A stretch of DNA of 32,000 nucleotides from Aliivibrio fischeri ES114 (GTDB lineage Bacteria > Pseudomonadota > Gammaproteobacteria > Enterobacterales > Vibrionaceae): assembly GCF_000011805.1 (NCBI RefSeq), contig NC_006841.2; one strand, 5' to 3'. The notes under the pieces are model-generated. The model had not been told where the DNA came from and did not search any database. It saw nothing but the letters and a program-made list of their open reading frames with translations. Both the position numbers and the translations under genes were made by a program. Below are positions 18,678 to 25,894 of the stretch, piece after piece; position 1 is the first letter of the stretch; every line of letters starts with the position of its first letter.

Positions 18678-19502
18678 AAACTAATAATCTTGGTAAAGCT
18701 CTTAAGTCAAGACACAGCTCTACAAGCTATTAGACCAATTGCAAACCAAGGTAAGTTAGAAACGGTAGGACGATTGTGTCGTAGTTTAAATGAGTTCATG
18801 ACCTTTGCTGTGAATACTTGTGTTATAGAACACAATAGACTTGCTGATATTGGGAAAGCGTTTTTCACTGTCAAAGTTACTAACCAGGCATCGCTAGATG
18901 CCTAAAGATCTACCGGAGCTGTTAAAAAAGATTAATTACGCATCTATTAAGCCCATCACACGCTGTTTGTTAGAATGGCAACTTCATACAATGACAAGAC
19001 CTACCGAGACTGCTGGTGCTCGCTGGGATGAAACAGACAAAGAAAAAATGCTATGGGTTATCCCAGCTGAACGAATGAAGAAGGGAAGAGTACATACCGT
19101 CCCATTAACACAGCAAACCTTAGACTTATTAGAAACGATTGATTTATCACTGGCGAGAGTGAATACCTTTTCCCTGCTGATAAAAGCAATAAAAATCATA
19201 TAAATAAAGAAACAGCTAATAAAGCATTGGTGCGAATGGGATTTAAAGGAAGACAAACTTCTCATGGCCTACGAGCATTAGCTAGTACTATCTTAAATGA
19301 ACAAAACTTTGATGCGGATATTATCGAAGCTGCACTCTCTCATGTTGATAGAGATAAGGTTCGAAGCGCATACAACCGCACTGATTATCTTGAACGACGT
19401 AAGGTTCTAATGGCGTAGTGGAGTAATCATATTGAAGAGGCGGCTACTGGTAGCTTGTCTATGAGTGGGAAAAAGAATCTTAAGGCTTGTAGCTTAATAT
19501 AG
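18678..19502 (+). pseudogene. P4-type tyrosine integrase, 5'-truncated with 2 frameshifts and 1 premature stop
   Basis: Three ORF fragments in different frames (18690..18905, 18898..19203, 19227..19418) read through as an integrase. They give 'GKLETVGRLCRSLNEFMTFAV', 'TMTRPTETAGARWDE...WVIPAERMKKGRVHTVPL', then (own translation, other frame) 'ITGESEYLFPADK', and 'HGLRALASTILNEQ...ALSHVDRDKVRSAYNRTDYLERRKVLMA*WSNHIEE'. About 150 N-terminal residues are missing. Confidence 0.85.
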
Positions 19503-19510
19503 CTTAAAGA

Positions 19511-19538
19511 AAGTAGGTAGAGTTAATTCTACCTACTT
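19511..19538. terminator. Hairpin/terminator between the integrase remnant and the convergent 317-aa gene
   Basis: AAGTAGGTAGA - gttaat - TCTACCTACTT followed by TATTATTAT. Confidence 0.55.
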
Positions 19539-19543
19539 TATTA

Positions 19544-20497
19544 TTATATTCCTGAGTTTTTTATTATTTTAGACTCATTATTAATCAGTTTTTCAAATGT
19601 TTCATTTAAATTCAACCCATAAAAATGAGAAATATCCTCAAGTTTACTTTTTGAATCTTTTCTAATAACTAAATTAATAGTTGTTTTCTTGTCTTTTTTT
19701 ATTTTATTTCTGTATTTAACTTGTCCCCAAGCTTTTTTCATTTTTATTAAGAAAAGTTCTTTAGCATCATCAGTTATCTCTAAAGAATGGAATAGTGCGG
19801 GAATGACTATAGAATAATGGTTATAATCATCAATAATATTTGGTATGTGTTTATGATTGTTTTTTATTATATGGTTATCTTTAATGTACTTTACGGCCCA
19901 GATAGCCTGGTCGTTATCTTTTTTTGAAAGCCAATTAAAATTAAATTTACTTCTTGAAAAGATATATTCTTTATTTAAGTGCTTTATATATTTTTTCTTA
20001 TTACAATCATCTGACGTGATTAGATTTATAAATGAGATAAAATCTATTCTCATTTGTGTAATAGTGTTTTTTCTTTGGATGGTAGTATGCCTAATGAATT
20101 CTAGAGGTTCATCTTTTAATGTTCGTCTCGTATTAAAAAATAAATCATTTCCATTTTTTGAAAATACCTTGTTATTAAGTAAATGGCAGTAACAAAATAA
20201 AATACTAATTGGGTCTTTATTATCAATAAAGTCAAAGTATGTATCATTGATATAGTAATGACATAATTGTTCTATCTTTTCTTTTAGTTTACCTAAGTTA
20301 TAACCTTTTTTATAAAATTCAATAGCTAGCAATTTAATAGATTCTTCTTTTGAATCGTAAACGATATTGTCATCTACGTATAAAATTCTTTCTACTCTGC
20401 AGCGTTTAATAATATGAATTAATTTAATATGACTTAGTTGTCTTAAATGATTTTCTAATTCATGTAAAGATATTATATTTTGATCAAATGTAGGCAT
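19544..20497 (-). CDS. Orphan AT-rich hypothetical protein (317 aa) with a possible C-terminal ribbon-helix-helix
   Basis: Long intact ORF in extremely AT-rich DNA. The C-terminus 'KTTINLVIRKDSKSKLEDISHFYGLNLNETFEKLI' has a strand-helix-helix pattern. I see no other recognisable motif. Confidence 0.6.
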   Translation of the reverse strand: MPTFDQNIISLHELENHLRQLSHIKLIHIIKRCRVERILYVDDNIVYDSKEESIKLLAIEFYKKGYNLGKLKEKIEQLCHYYINDTYFDFIDNKDPISILFCYCHLLNNKVFSKNGNDLFFNTRRTLKDEPLEFIRHTTIQRKNTITQMRIDFISFINLITSDDCNKKKYIKHLNKEYIFSRSKFNFNWLSKKDNDQAIWAVKYIKDNHIIKNNHKHIPNIIDDYNHYSIVIPALFHSLEITDDAKELFLIKMKKAWGQVKYRNKIKKDKKTTINLVIRKDSKSKLEDISHFYGLNLNETFEKLINNESKIIKNSGI

Positions 20498-20821
20498 TCT
20501 AGTAATCTACTAAGTAGTTTTTGCGTGTGTTTATTGTGGTTTTTTTATGTGTTTTGTATAGTAAATAAATCGTTTTTCATGATATGTAGCGTATGGAGTT
20601 TGTGGTTTCTTTGATTCAAATCACAGAGCGTAGTTCATCCGATTGTTGTGCACATAACTTCAGAGTGATGGATTTACTCTAAAGTGTATTTCAAATGATG
20701 TTGGCTTATTTTTTATAATCGTGAGTACGAAGAATTAGAAGGAATGAACAATAGGATATTATAAGTTACTTATTTTTTAAAAAATATGATGGCAGTATGA
20801 CTAGTATTATTAATCTATATA

Positions 20822-20867
20822 TAACCTATTAATACTAGGTTCCCTAACCTAGTAATAGAGTAACCTC
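20822..20867. promoter_or_regulatory. Inverted repeat plus TAACCT(A/C) iterons upstream of the Gp2/HUH gene (candidate operator or nick/origin hairpin)
   Basis: TACTAGGTT-ccct-AACCTAGTA (20833..20854) is a perfect 9-bp inverted repeat. TAACCTA occurs at 20822 and 20845, and TAACCTC at 20861. Confidence 0.35.
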
Positions 20868-20931
20868 AACATTATTATTAACGTCAGCTAACCATCCTAT
20901 ACCAGATACACCATCAATTAAGGTATAGGAA

Positions 20932-21585
20932 ATGAAAACTAAAAATCAGAAAAACAGAAATTTAACGATAACAAAAAAAGACACATTCAATGGATTAAGT
21001 ATCTATAAGCATGAAAATGGTTTGGTTATAAATTACTTAGATAAAATATATAACACTATCGACAAAGCAATAACTGAGTACCCAAGAACCATGGTCGTTC
21101 GAGTTGATCTTCGTATGTCAAAATCATTACTGTTTGATAACTCATCAGTCATTAAAAACTTTATCGCATCTCTTGATTCTCAAATACAAGCCGATCTTAA
21201 TAGAAAAAAAAGAAAGGGTATTAGAGTCAGAGCTTGCAAGATTAGATATGTCTGGGTTAAAGAAAGAAGCACCTCATTAAGCAATCATTATCATTTAGTC
21301 TTATTTTTTAATAAAGATGTTTATCATTGTTTGGGTGATTTTAAGAATGAAGATAATTTGTCTCACAAGATAAAAAAGGCATGGTGCAGTGCTTTAGATT
21401 TGGATATTAATGAGGGAAGTCGGCTTGTTAATTTTCCTAATAATGGAGTGTACTGGCTTGATAAGAATTCAAGAAATTTTGATGATGATTTTGATTCATT
21501 ATTTTATCGAGCAAGTTATTTAGCAAAGTTAGAAACAAAAAAATATGGTAATGGGATGCGAAGCTTTGGTTGTTCTCTGCGATAA
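20932..21585 (+). CDS. YagK/YfjJ-family 'inovirus Gp2-type' protein (putative HUH endonuclease)
   Basis: 'RTMVVRVDLRM', 'IRYVWVKERSTSLSNHYHLVLFFNKDVY' (H-u-H at nt 21286..21294) and 'FYRASYLAKLETKKYGNGMRSFGCS' parallel E. coli YagK/YfjJ as I recall them. Confidence 0.85.
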   Translation: MKTKNQKNRNLTITKKDTFNGLSIYKHENGLVINYLDKIYNTIDKAITEYPRTMVVRVDLRMSKSLLFDNSSVIKNFIASLDSQIQADLNRKKRKGIRVRACKIRYVWVKERSTSLSNHYHLVLFFNKDVYHCLGDFKNEDNLSHKIKKAWCSALDLDINEGSRLVNFPNNGVYWLDKNSRNFDDDFDSLFYRASYLAKLETKKYGNGMRSFGCSLR

Positions 21586-21590
21586 AAAAT

Positions 21591-21611
21591 AGAGGAGCAT
21601 TACGCTCCTCT
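21591..21611. terminator. Bidirectional terminator (Gp2-type gene / lipoprotein gene convergent pair)
   Basis: AGAGGAGC - attac - GCTCCTCT with AAAAAAT 5' and GTAATTTATTT 3'. Confidence 0.65.
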
Positions 21612-21628
21612 GTAATTTATTTCAGTGA

Positions 21629-23068
21629 TTAATTAGTGCATTCAGCCCATACTATGCCATCAGTACCACATTCTTCTTTATGTGTTCCATTAGGGAATAT
21701 AGTAAATTTTCTATATTGACCATTGTTATCATAGCTGGTTCTTATTTGAGTATTATCTTCCATACTGACTGTTTTACTTTTAACCCAGAAAGACGCATCA
21801 GGCTCTGCGGTTAAATTATCATATTGGTAAGGTAGATTTTCAAAGTTAGTCATCAACTCATTTAAATCTAGTTGATGATGATTGCTTTCAAATCCAACCC
21901 AATCAGATAAGAAAGGAAATGAACCAGCATTACGGTCATACCCGAATTGGCTAGAAAAACGGTCATTATTTCCTGTGTAATCTATAATCGCGTATCTGTG
22001 GGTGATAGCTTGAGCAATGTCGCTAGGAATACAATCTTCGAATGTATTTGCATTATTGTTGGTTAAGTTAACTAAGCTATACGTTTTATTGCTAGATACG
22101 ACATCAGAGATCTCTTCTTTAATGTCACAAGTGTAAGGTGAGCTATCCCCATTTCTTGATTCAAATTCGTAGCTGGTTCTATAGGTATAATTATTACCTT
22201 TAGTGGTGGCTGTTTTACCATAAATAATTGTTCTAATATCTTGGCTGAAATCATCACGAACTTTAACTAATTCACTACGCTGCTCATTATCAAAGCTAAT
22301 TAGTTGCTCACGATACCAAGCAGTAGGGTAAGCATTGTTGTTATCTCTGTAATCTCCTTTATGGTAATCAACATAAGCAAATAGGGCATTAGGGTTTTGT
22401 CGTTTTAGTTCTTCTGTTGCAGTAAATGATTGTTGTAAGCCTCGTACAATTTCTTGTGCTTTAAGTGAGGTATCTGCATCACCAGCAGCAATGAAATCAT
22501 CAAAGATGACATCTTCTGGAATATTGTAATGATATACAACCCGATCAATGGCTTGATTGAGTGATGAGATTAATGTTTCACGTTTTTGGTAATCATTTTT
22601 TACACTCTCACAAGTTAAAGTCCCATTTGATGCCAGTTCCTTTTCAACTGATGTCCACAGCACAGTCGTTAAAGGGGTAACGTGATACAAATCTTCTTTT
22701 GTGATTGGTTCAAATTTAGGAGGCAATACCATTTGGTAAGCCTTTTCAACGATACCTAAATCTTCATCTATCGCACCAACGGGAACATCAACAATTAGAG
22801 GAACATATTGTGCACACTCTTGTTGAGCTTGGTTCAGTTCTAAACGGTAATCACCAAGGTTAGAGGTAATGGCATGGGGTTCATTACTATCTAATTGACG
22901 GTTAAAGTTTAAATCTAGGTAAACGGTAGCACCTTCAATATAACCATCGATGGCCTTTCCTGTTAATGATGCTGTGATGAGTTCATTATTATCGCTATCA
23001 GAGCCACCACAAGCAGTTAAGGCGAATGAGATAGCAGAAGCTAATAACATTTTATTTTTCAGTTTCAT
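21629..23068 (-). CDS. Large secreted lipoprotein of unknown function (479 aa)
   Basis: Lipobox 'SFALTAC'. The N-terminal 'GKAIDGYIEGATVYLDLNFNRQLDSNEP' is a carboxypeptidase-regulatory-like beta-sandwich motif common in Vibrio surface lipoproteins. Cysteines are scattered along the mature chain (ECAQY, LTCES, YTCDI, EDCIP, EECG, AECTN), consistent with periplasmic disulfides. Confidence 0.75.
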   Translation of the reverse strand: MKLKNKMLLASAISFALTACGGSDSDNNELITASLTGKAIDGYIEGATVYLDLNFNRQLDSNEPHAITSNLGDYRLELNQAQQECAQYVPLIVDVPVGAIDEDLGIVEKAYQMVLPPKFEPITKEDLYHVTPLTTVLWTSVEKELASNGTLTCESVKNDYQKRETLISSLNQAIDRVVYHYNIPEDVIFDDFIAAGDADTSLKAQEIVRGLQQSFTATEELKRQNPNALFAYVDYHKGDYRDNNNAYPTAWYREQLISFDNEQRSELVKVRDDFSQDIRTIIYGKTATTKGNNYTYRTSYEFESRNGDSSPYTCDIKEEISDVVSSNKTYSLVNLTNNNANTFEDCIPSDIAQAITHRYAIIDYTGNNDRFSSQFGYDRNAGSFPFLSDWVGFESNHHQLDLNELMTNFENLPYQYDNLTAEPDASFWVKSKTVSMEDNTQIRTSYDNNGQYRKFTIFPNGTHKEECGTDGIVWAECTN

Positions 23069-23086
23069 GTTGTTTTCTCTTTTGTA

Positions 23087-23851
23087 TTATTCAGTTAAAT
23101 AAAATTGTTTTGTTTCATTACTCGTTTCAGTTACAAAATCTTTGAGAATGAAATCAGATGGATAGTTAAATTGAAATGTTGAAAGTATGGCTGAATCAAT
23201 AAGTCCAAGCTCTATCGTATGTATCGTTAGTGTTTGGTGTTGACGATAGATGAGCACAAATGAATTATGTTTTATAAGCAATCCAAGGGGTTCTATTTTT
23301 AAGCGGTGCAGTAGTAATGCTTGACTGGATATAGTGATAAGGCATTGGTCAAATAATGCTGAATGTATAGTCTCTAACAAAGGTATGTTTTTGTTAATTA
23401 ATGGATGAAATGTAAAAGCATCAATGTGAATTTTATTTAGGTATAGTTGCTCTTTAGATGGTTTTAATCCTTTGCTTAACAATGAGATAGAGTCATTCAC
23501 TAAAGTTTGATAAGTATGGTTAATTTTAATTGGCATGGTAGGTCTTAAGTATTTATCTACGAGGCAAAAGACTAACGCTTCTTTAGTTCCTAACTTTAAT
23601 AATTGCTCTGATTTTTTACGGTAAGTATGTGGGATCGTTCGCATATCACATTCAACGTTAAAAAGTACGACGATAATTTCATCTAAATAACGCTTAATAC
23701 TTCTCGGAGTTCGATATATATGAAGATCAGCCAACTGCTGCTCTAGCTCTCGAACCGTTATTGCGCGGTGTTGAGGTATCAGCATGAGGGTATGTAGTAC
23801 TGCTGAAATACCATCAATGCTTGTTTTATTAGTAATAGAATTGTCTTTCAT
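23087..23851 (-). CDS. HTH + WYL-like domain transcriptional regulator
   Basis: N-terminal wHTH 'RAITVRELEQQLADLHIYRTPRSIKRYLDEI'. The C-terminal 'LKIEPLGLLIKHNSFVLIYRQHQ..TIHTIELGLIDSAILSTFQFNYPSDF' follows the WYL-domain pattern (V.P..L....g.wYL.......R.F.l.RI......F..P..F), with FVL in place of WYL. It lies 18 nt upstream of the lipoprotein gene. Confidence 0.55.
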   Translation of the reverse strand: MKDNSITNKTSIDGISAVLHTLMLIPQHRAITVRELEQQLADLHIYRTPRSIKRYLDEIIVVLFNVECDMRTIPHTYRKKSEQLLKLGTKEALVFCLVDKYLRPTMPIKINHTYQTLVNDSISLLSKGLKPSKEQLYLNKIHIDAFTFHPLINKNIPLLETIHSALFDQCLITISSQALLLHRLKIEPLGLLIKHNSFVLIYRQHQTLTIHTIELGLIDSAILSTFQFNYPSDFILKDFVTETSNETKQFYLTE

Positions 23852-24093
23852 GCATCACCAAGTATTGCCTATCAGTATTGGCTGTAGGCATAGACGAAAT
23901 TTAATGTCGGAAAGAGTACGGATGAGATGGACAGATAATGTCCACCTTAAACTTCATAAAATTTTTAATAAGAGAATTGTGATTGGAGTAACATTTGTTT
24001 GAGGTTAATACGTTGTTATTTATATAAATATTGACTGGTTTGAATTCACTGAGGTTGTAGAAACCTCAGTTATAGATAGACAGAGTGGTCGGA

Positions 24094-24429
24094 TTATTTT
24101 TTATAGTTGATGACAAGTTTGTCAGCTAATGGATACTTAGCAATTTCATAGTCAGGTGAATACGTTGCTATATTATGCATTGCGATTACAGTAGCAGAAG
24201 CTAGTCCAAAAATTGATGCAGGGCCAGACGCTAAACTTGCTGCCATCGTAGTGGAGCGACCAGCGGTATAAACTCGACAAGACAAATTGTTAGCTTCAAT
24301 AAGTCGCTCAATTTTTTTCACTGTTTGAGAGAAATTTGTGACCTTAGTTAAAGTGAACGATTCTTTTCGTTGAATTAAAGCGATGAGTTCTTCATCACTT
24401 GTGTGGTGTAGTACATTACTAGTGCTCAT
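24094..24429 (-). CDS. Hypothetical protein (111 aa) with a Gly/Ala/Ser-rich hydrophobic segment
   Basis: RBS GGGAAG lies upstream. 'TTMAASLASGPASIFGLASATVIAM' looks like a membrane-associated or glycine-zipper segment. Confidence 0.5.
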   Translation of the reverse strand: MSTSNVLHHTSDEELIALIQRKESFTLTKVTNFSQTVKKIERLIEANNLSCRVYTAGRSTTMAASLASGPASIFGLASATVIAMHNIATYSPDYEIAKYPLADKLVINYKK

Positions 24430-24470
24430 GGTTCTTCCCTAAAGGATTATTAATGGAGTAAAGATAATGA

Positions 24471-24497
24471 CGAGTGAGACAAATAGTGTCTCACTCG
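24471..24497. promoter_or_regulatory. Perfect 10-bp inverted repeat (operator or attenuator hairpin) upstream of the 111-aa gene
   Basis: CGAGTGAGAC - aaatagt - GTCTCACTCG, about 42 nt upstream of the start at 24429 and 170 nt downstream of the 78-aa gene. Confidence 0.4.
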
Positions 24498-24666
24498 ATT
24501 TTGGTCATCTAAATGTGTGAACTAGGTTAACTATTTAAATGAAATTAGGAGAGTGTTTCTGTTAGTTGTGAGTCAGTAACCAATTGTTTAGTAAGGGTTT
24601 GCCTCTCTGTATTGGTCGACGTTAATGTGTTTTGTAAGGGAGGGATAGAATGGTATTGAGGATAGT

Positions 24667-24903
24667 TTACGTATCAAAAATCTCCTTAAGTAGATAGCCC
24701 CTTTGAATGAGTTTGACAATCGCGGATATTCTTTTTAGGTGAATTGTTGGGTGTTGTGATATGAGTTCAAATAACTCATGATCGGTGAATTCCTCAATCT
24801 CTTTGCTGTATTGTTGATATTGTTTATTTAGACGTTGGCAACCAATTAAAGCGAGATTAACAAGGCTTTTTGTTATTTGCTCTTTTGTCATAAGGAGGCT
24901 CAC
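24667..24903 (-). CDS. Small helical hypothetical protein (74-78 aa)
   Basis: The GTG at 24903 overlaps the upstream stop (GTGA). An alternative ATG at 24891 lies 9 nt after that stop. Either way it appears translationally linked to the 299-aa gene. Confidence 0.5.
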   Translation of the reverse strand: MSLLMTKEQITKSLVNLALIGCQRLNKQYQQYSKEIEEFTDHELFELISQHPTIHLKRISAIVKLIQRGYLLKEIFDT

Positions 24904-25799
24904 TTTGCTGGTAAGGGGATAGCTATCTCCCCTAAAGGAACATACTTTTCTTTATTATCTTCATTCCAAAATACGTGTTTTTCTACGCACCAACCATGAT
25001 AAAGATAATCCACATCCGTTAAGCCTGAACCTTGGCCTATAGCGTAGTTATTACGATGCTCACAGCTTTGCTCCTTGCTGTTTAGAAATACCGTATCAGG
25101 GTTATTCAAACAGGCTTTACGTAGTTCTGGAAACAATCGTCTGGTGTGGGTAGACCACGATAAAATAATAGTGCGAAGGGTTTTGGTGTGATGCTCTCCT
25201 GAATACGGCTCACTGCGTTCTTTATCGTAGTCAGTGTAAGTGGCTACGATAACGCCTTTCGCCCATTCAGGTATGACTAAAGCCGCTTGAAATGCCTTTT
25301 CATTGGCTTGGTGTGCTTGCCATTCTTTTTCTTCTTGCTCACGTTTGGCTTGCTCTTTATCTCGCTCTTGTTGTTTGGCAAGTTCAGTGGTTTTGATGGT
25401 TTGAATTCGAGCATCAGTTACAAACTCGATATCAAAGCGATAGGTTCTAATCAGTGCGATTAATTGTTGATGTTCAGCATCATTACGTAACCATGGCTTA
25501 TCTACATCGAGGTGATGTTTTTCATGGTACTCAAGGGTACTAAGACAGTGGTCAGCAAAGCCTACGTCATTGCCACCACCACCTAAATCTAATCGGCATT
25601 GATGTTTATCTCCATTTTCAAATGTCACGGTGACATTGGTTTTGTCGTAACCGCCTAATGGGTTTTGTTTAGCGACGTCCAATGCTTTATGTTCAAAGTC
25701 CATAAAGTCATACAATTGACCTTCATTGAACTCGTTAGATTCAGACCAATTGACTAAGACAGAGAAGGGATTAAGGGTAGGTATGATTTCTTTATTCAT
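24900..25799 (-). CDS. Two-domain hypothetical protein (299 aa) with a central E/K/Q-rich linker
   Basis: The N-domain contains 'CRLDLGGGGNDVGFADHC'. The linker is 'ELAKQQERDKEQAKREQEEKEWQAHQANEKA'. The C-domain contains 'YSGEHHTKTL...CEHRNNYAIGQGSGL'. I cannot assign a family by eye. Confidence 0.6.
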   Translation of the reverse strand: MNKEIIPTLNPFSVLVNWSESNEFNEGQLYDFMDFEHKALDVAKQNPLGGYDKTNVTVTFENGDKHQCRLDLGGGGNDVGFADHCLSTLEYHEKHHLDVDKPWLRNDAEHQQLIALIRTYRFDIEFVTDARIQTIKTTELAKQQERDKEQAKREQEEKEWQAHQANEKAFQAALVIPEWAKGVIVATYTDYDKERSEPYSGEHHTKTLRTIILSWSTHTRRLFPELRKACLNNPDTVFLNSKEQSCEHRNNYAIGQGSGLTDVDYLYHGWCVEKHVFWNEDNKEKYVPLGEIAIPLPAK

Positions 25800-25832
25800 G
25801 ATGAAACATCCTTATTGATGATTTTTAGACAT

Positions 25833-25859
25833 AAAAAAACCGCAACCAAAAGGCTGCGG
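25833..25859 (-). terminator. Rho-independent terminator after the radC-DUF2787-DUF2787 unit
   Basis: Minus strand reads CCGCAGCC-tttt-GGTTGCGG followed by TTTTTTTAT, 36 nt after the stop at 25895. Confidence 0.7.
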
Positions 25860-25894
25860 CATGATGTGTTTGATATTGAAGTAGAGGATCATGA

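Noticed and set aside
18519-18690. Search for a tRNA/tmRNA gene or att core at the left island boundary
   Set aside because: I could find no cloverleaf-compatible segment (no acceptor/T-arm GTTCnAnnC-type motif, no CCA-proximal stem). The expected tRNA target appears to have been lost together with the integrase 5' end.
19857-20192. 111-aa ORF (+) antisense within the 317-aa orphan gene, and 18984..19265 (-) antisense to the integrase remnant
   Set aside because: Their translations are hydrophobic and low-complexity (F/L/I-rich), typical of the reverse strand of AT-rich coding DNA. The opposite-strand frames are longer or carry integrase motifs.
22072-24002. ORFs 22072..22257 (-) and 23784..24002 (+)
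   Set aside because: The first is an alternative frame inside the lipoprotein gene. The second overlaps the WYL-regulator start and its promoter region and has no RBS.
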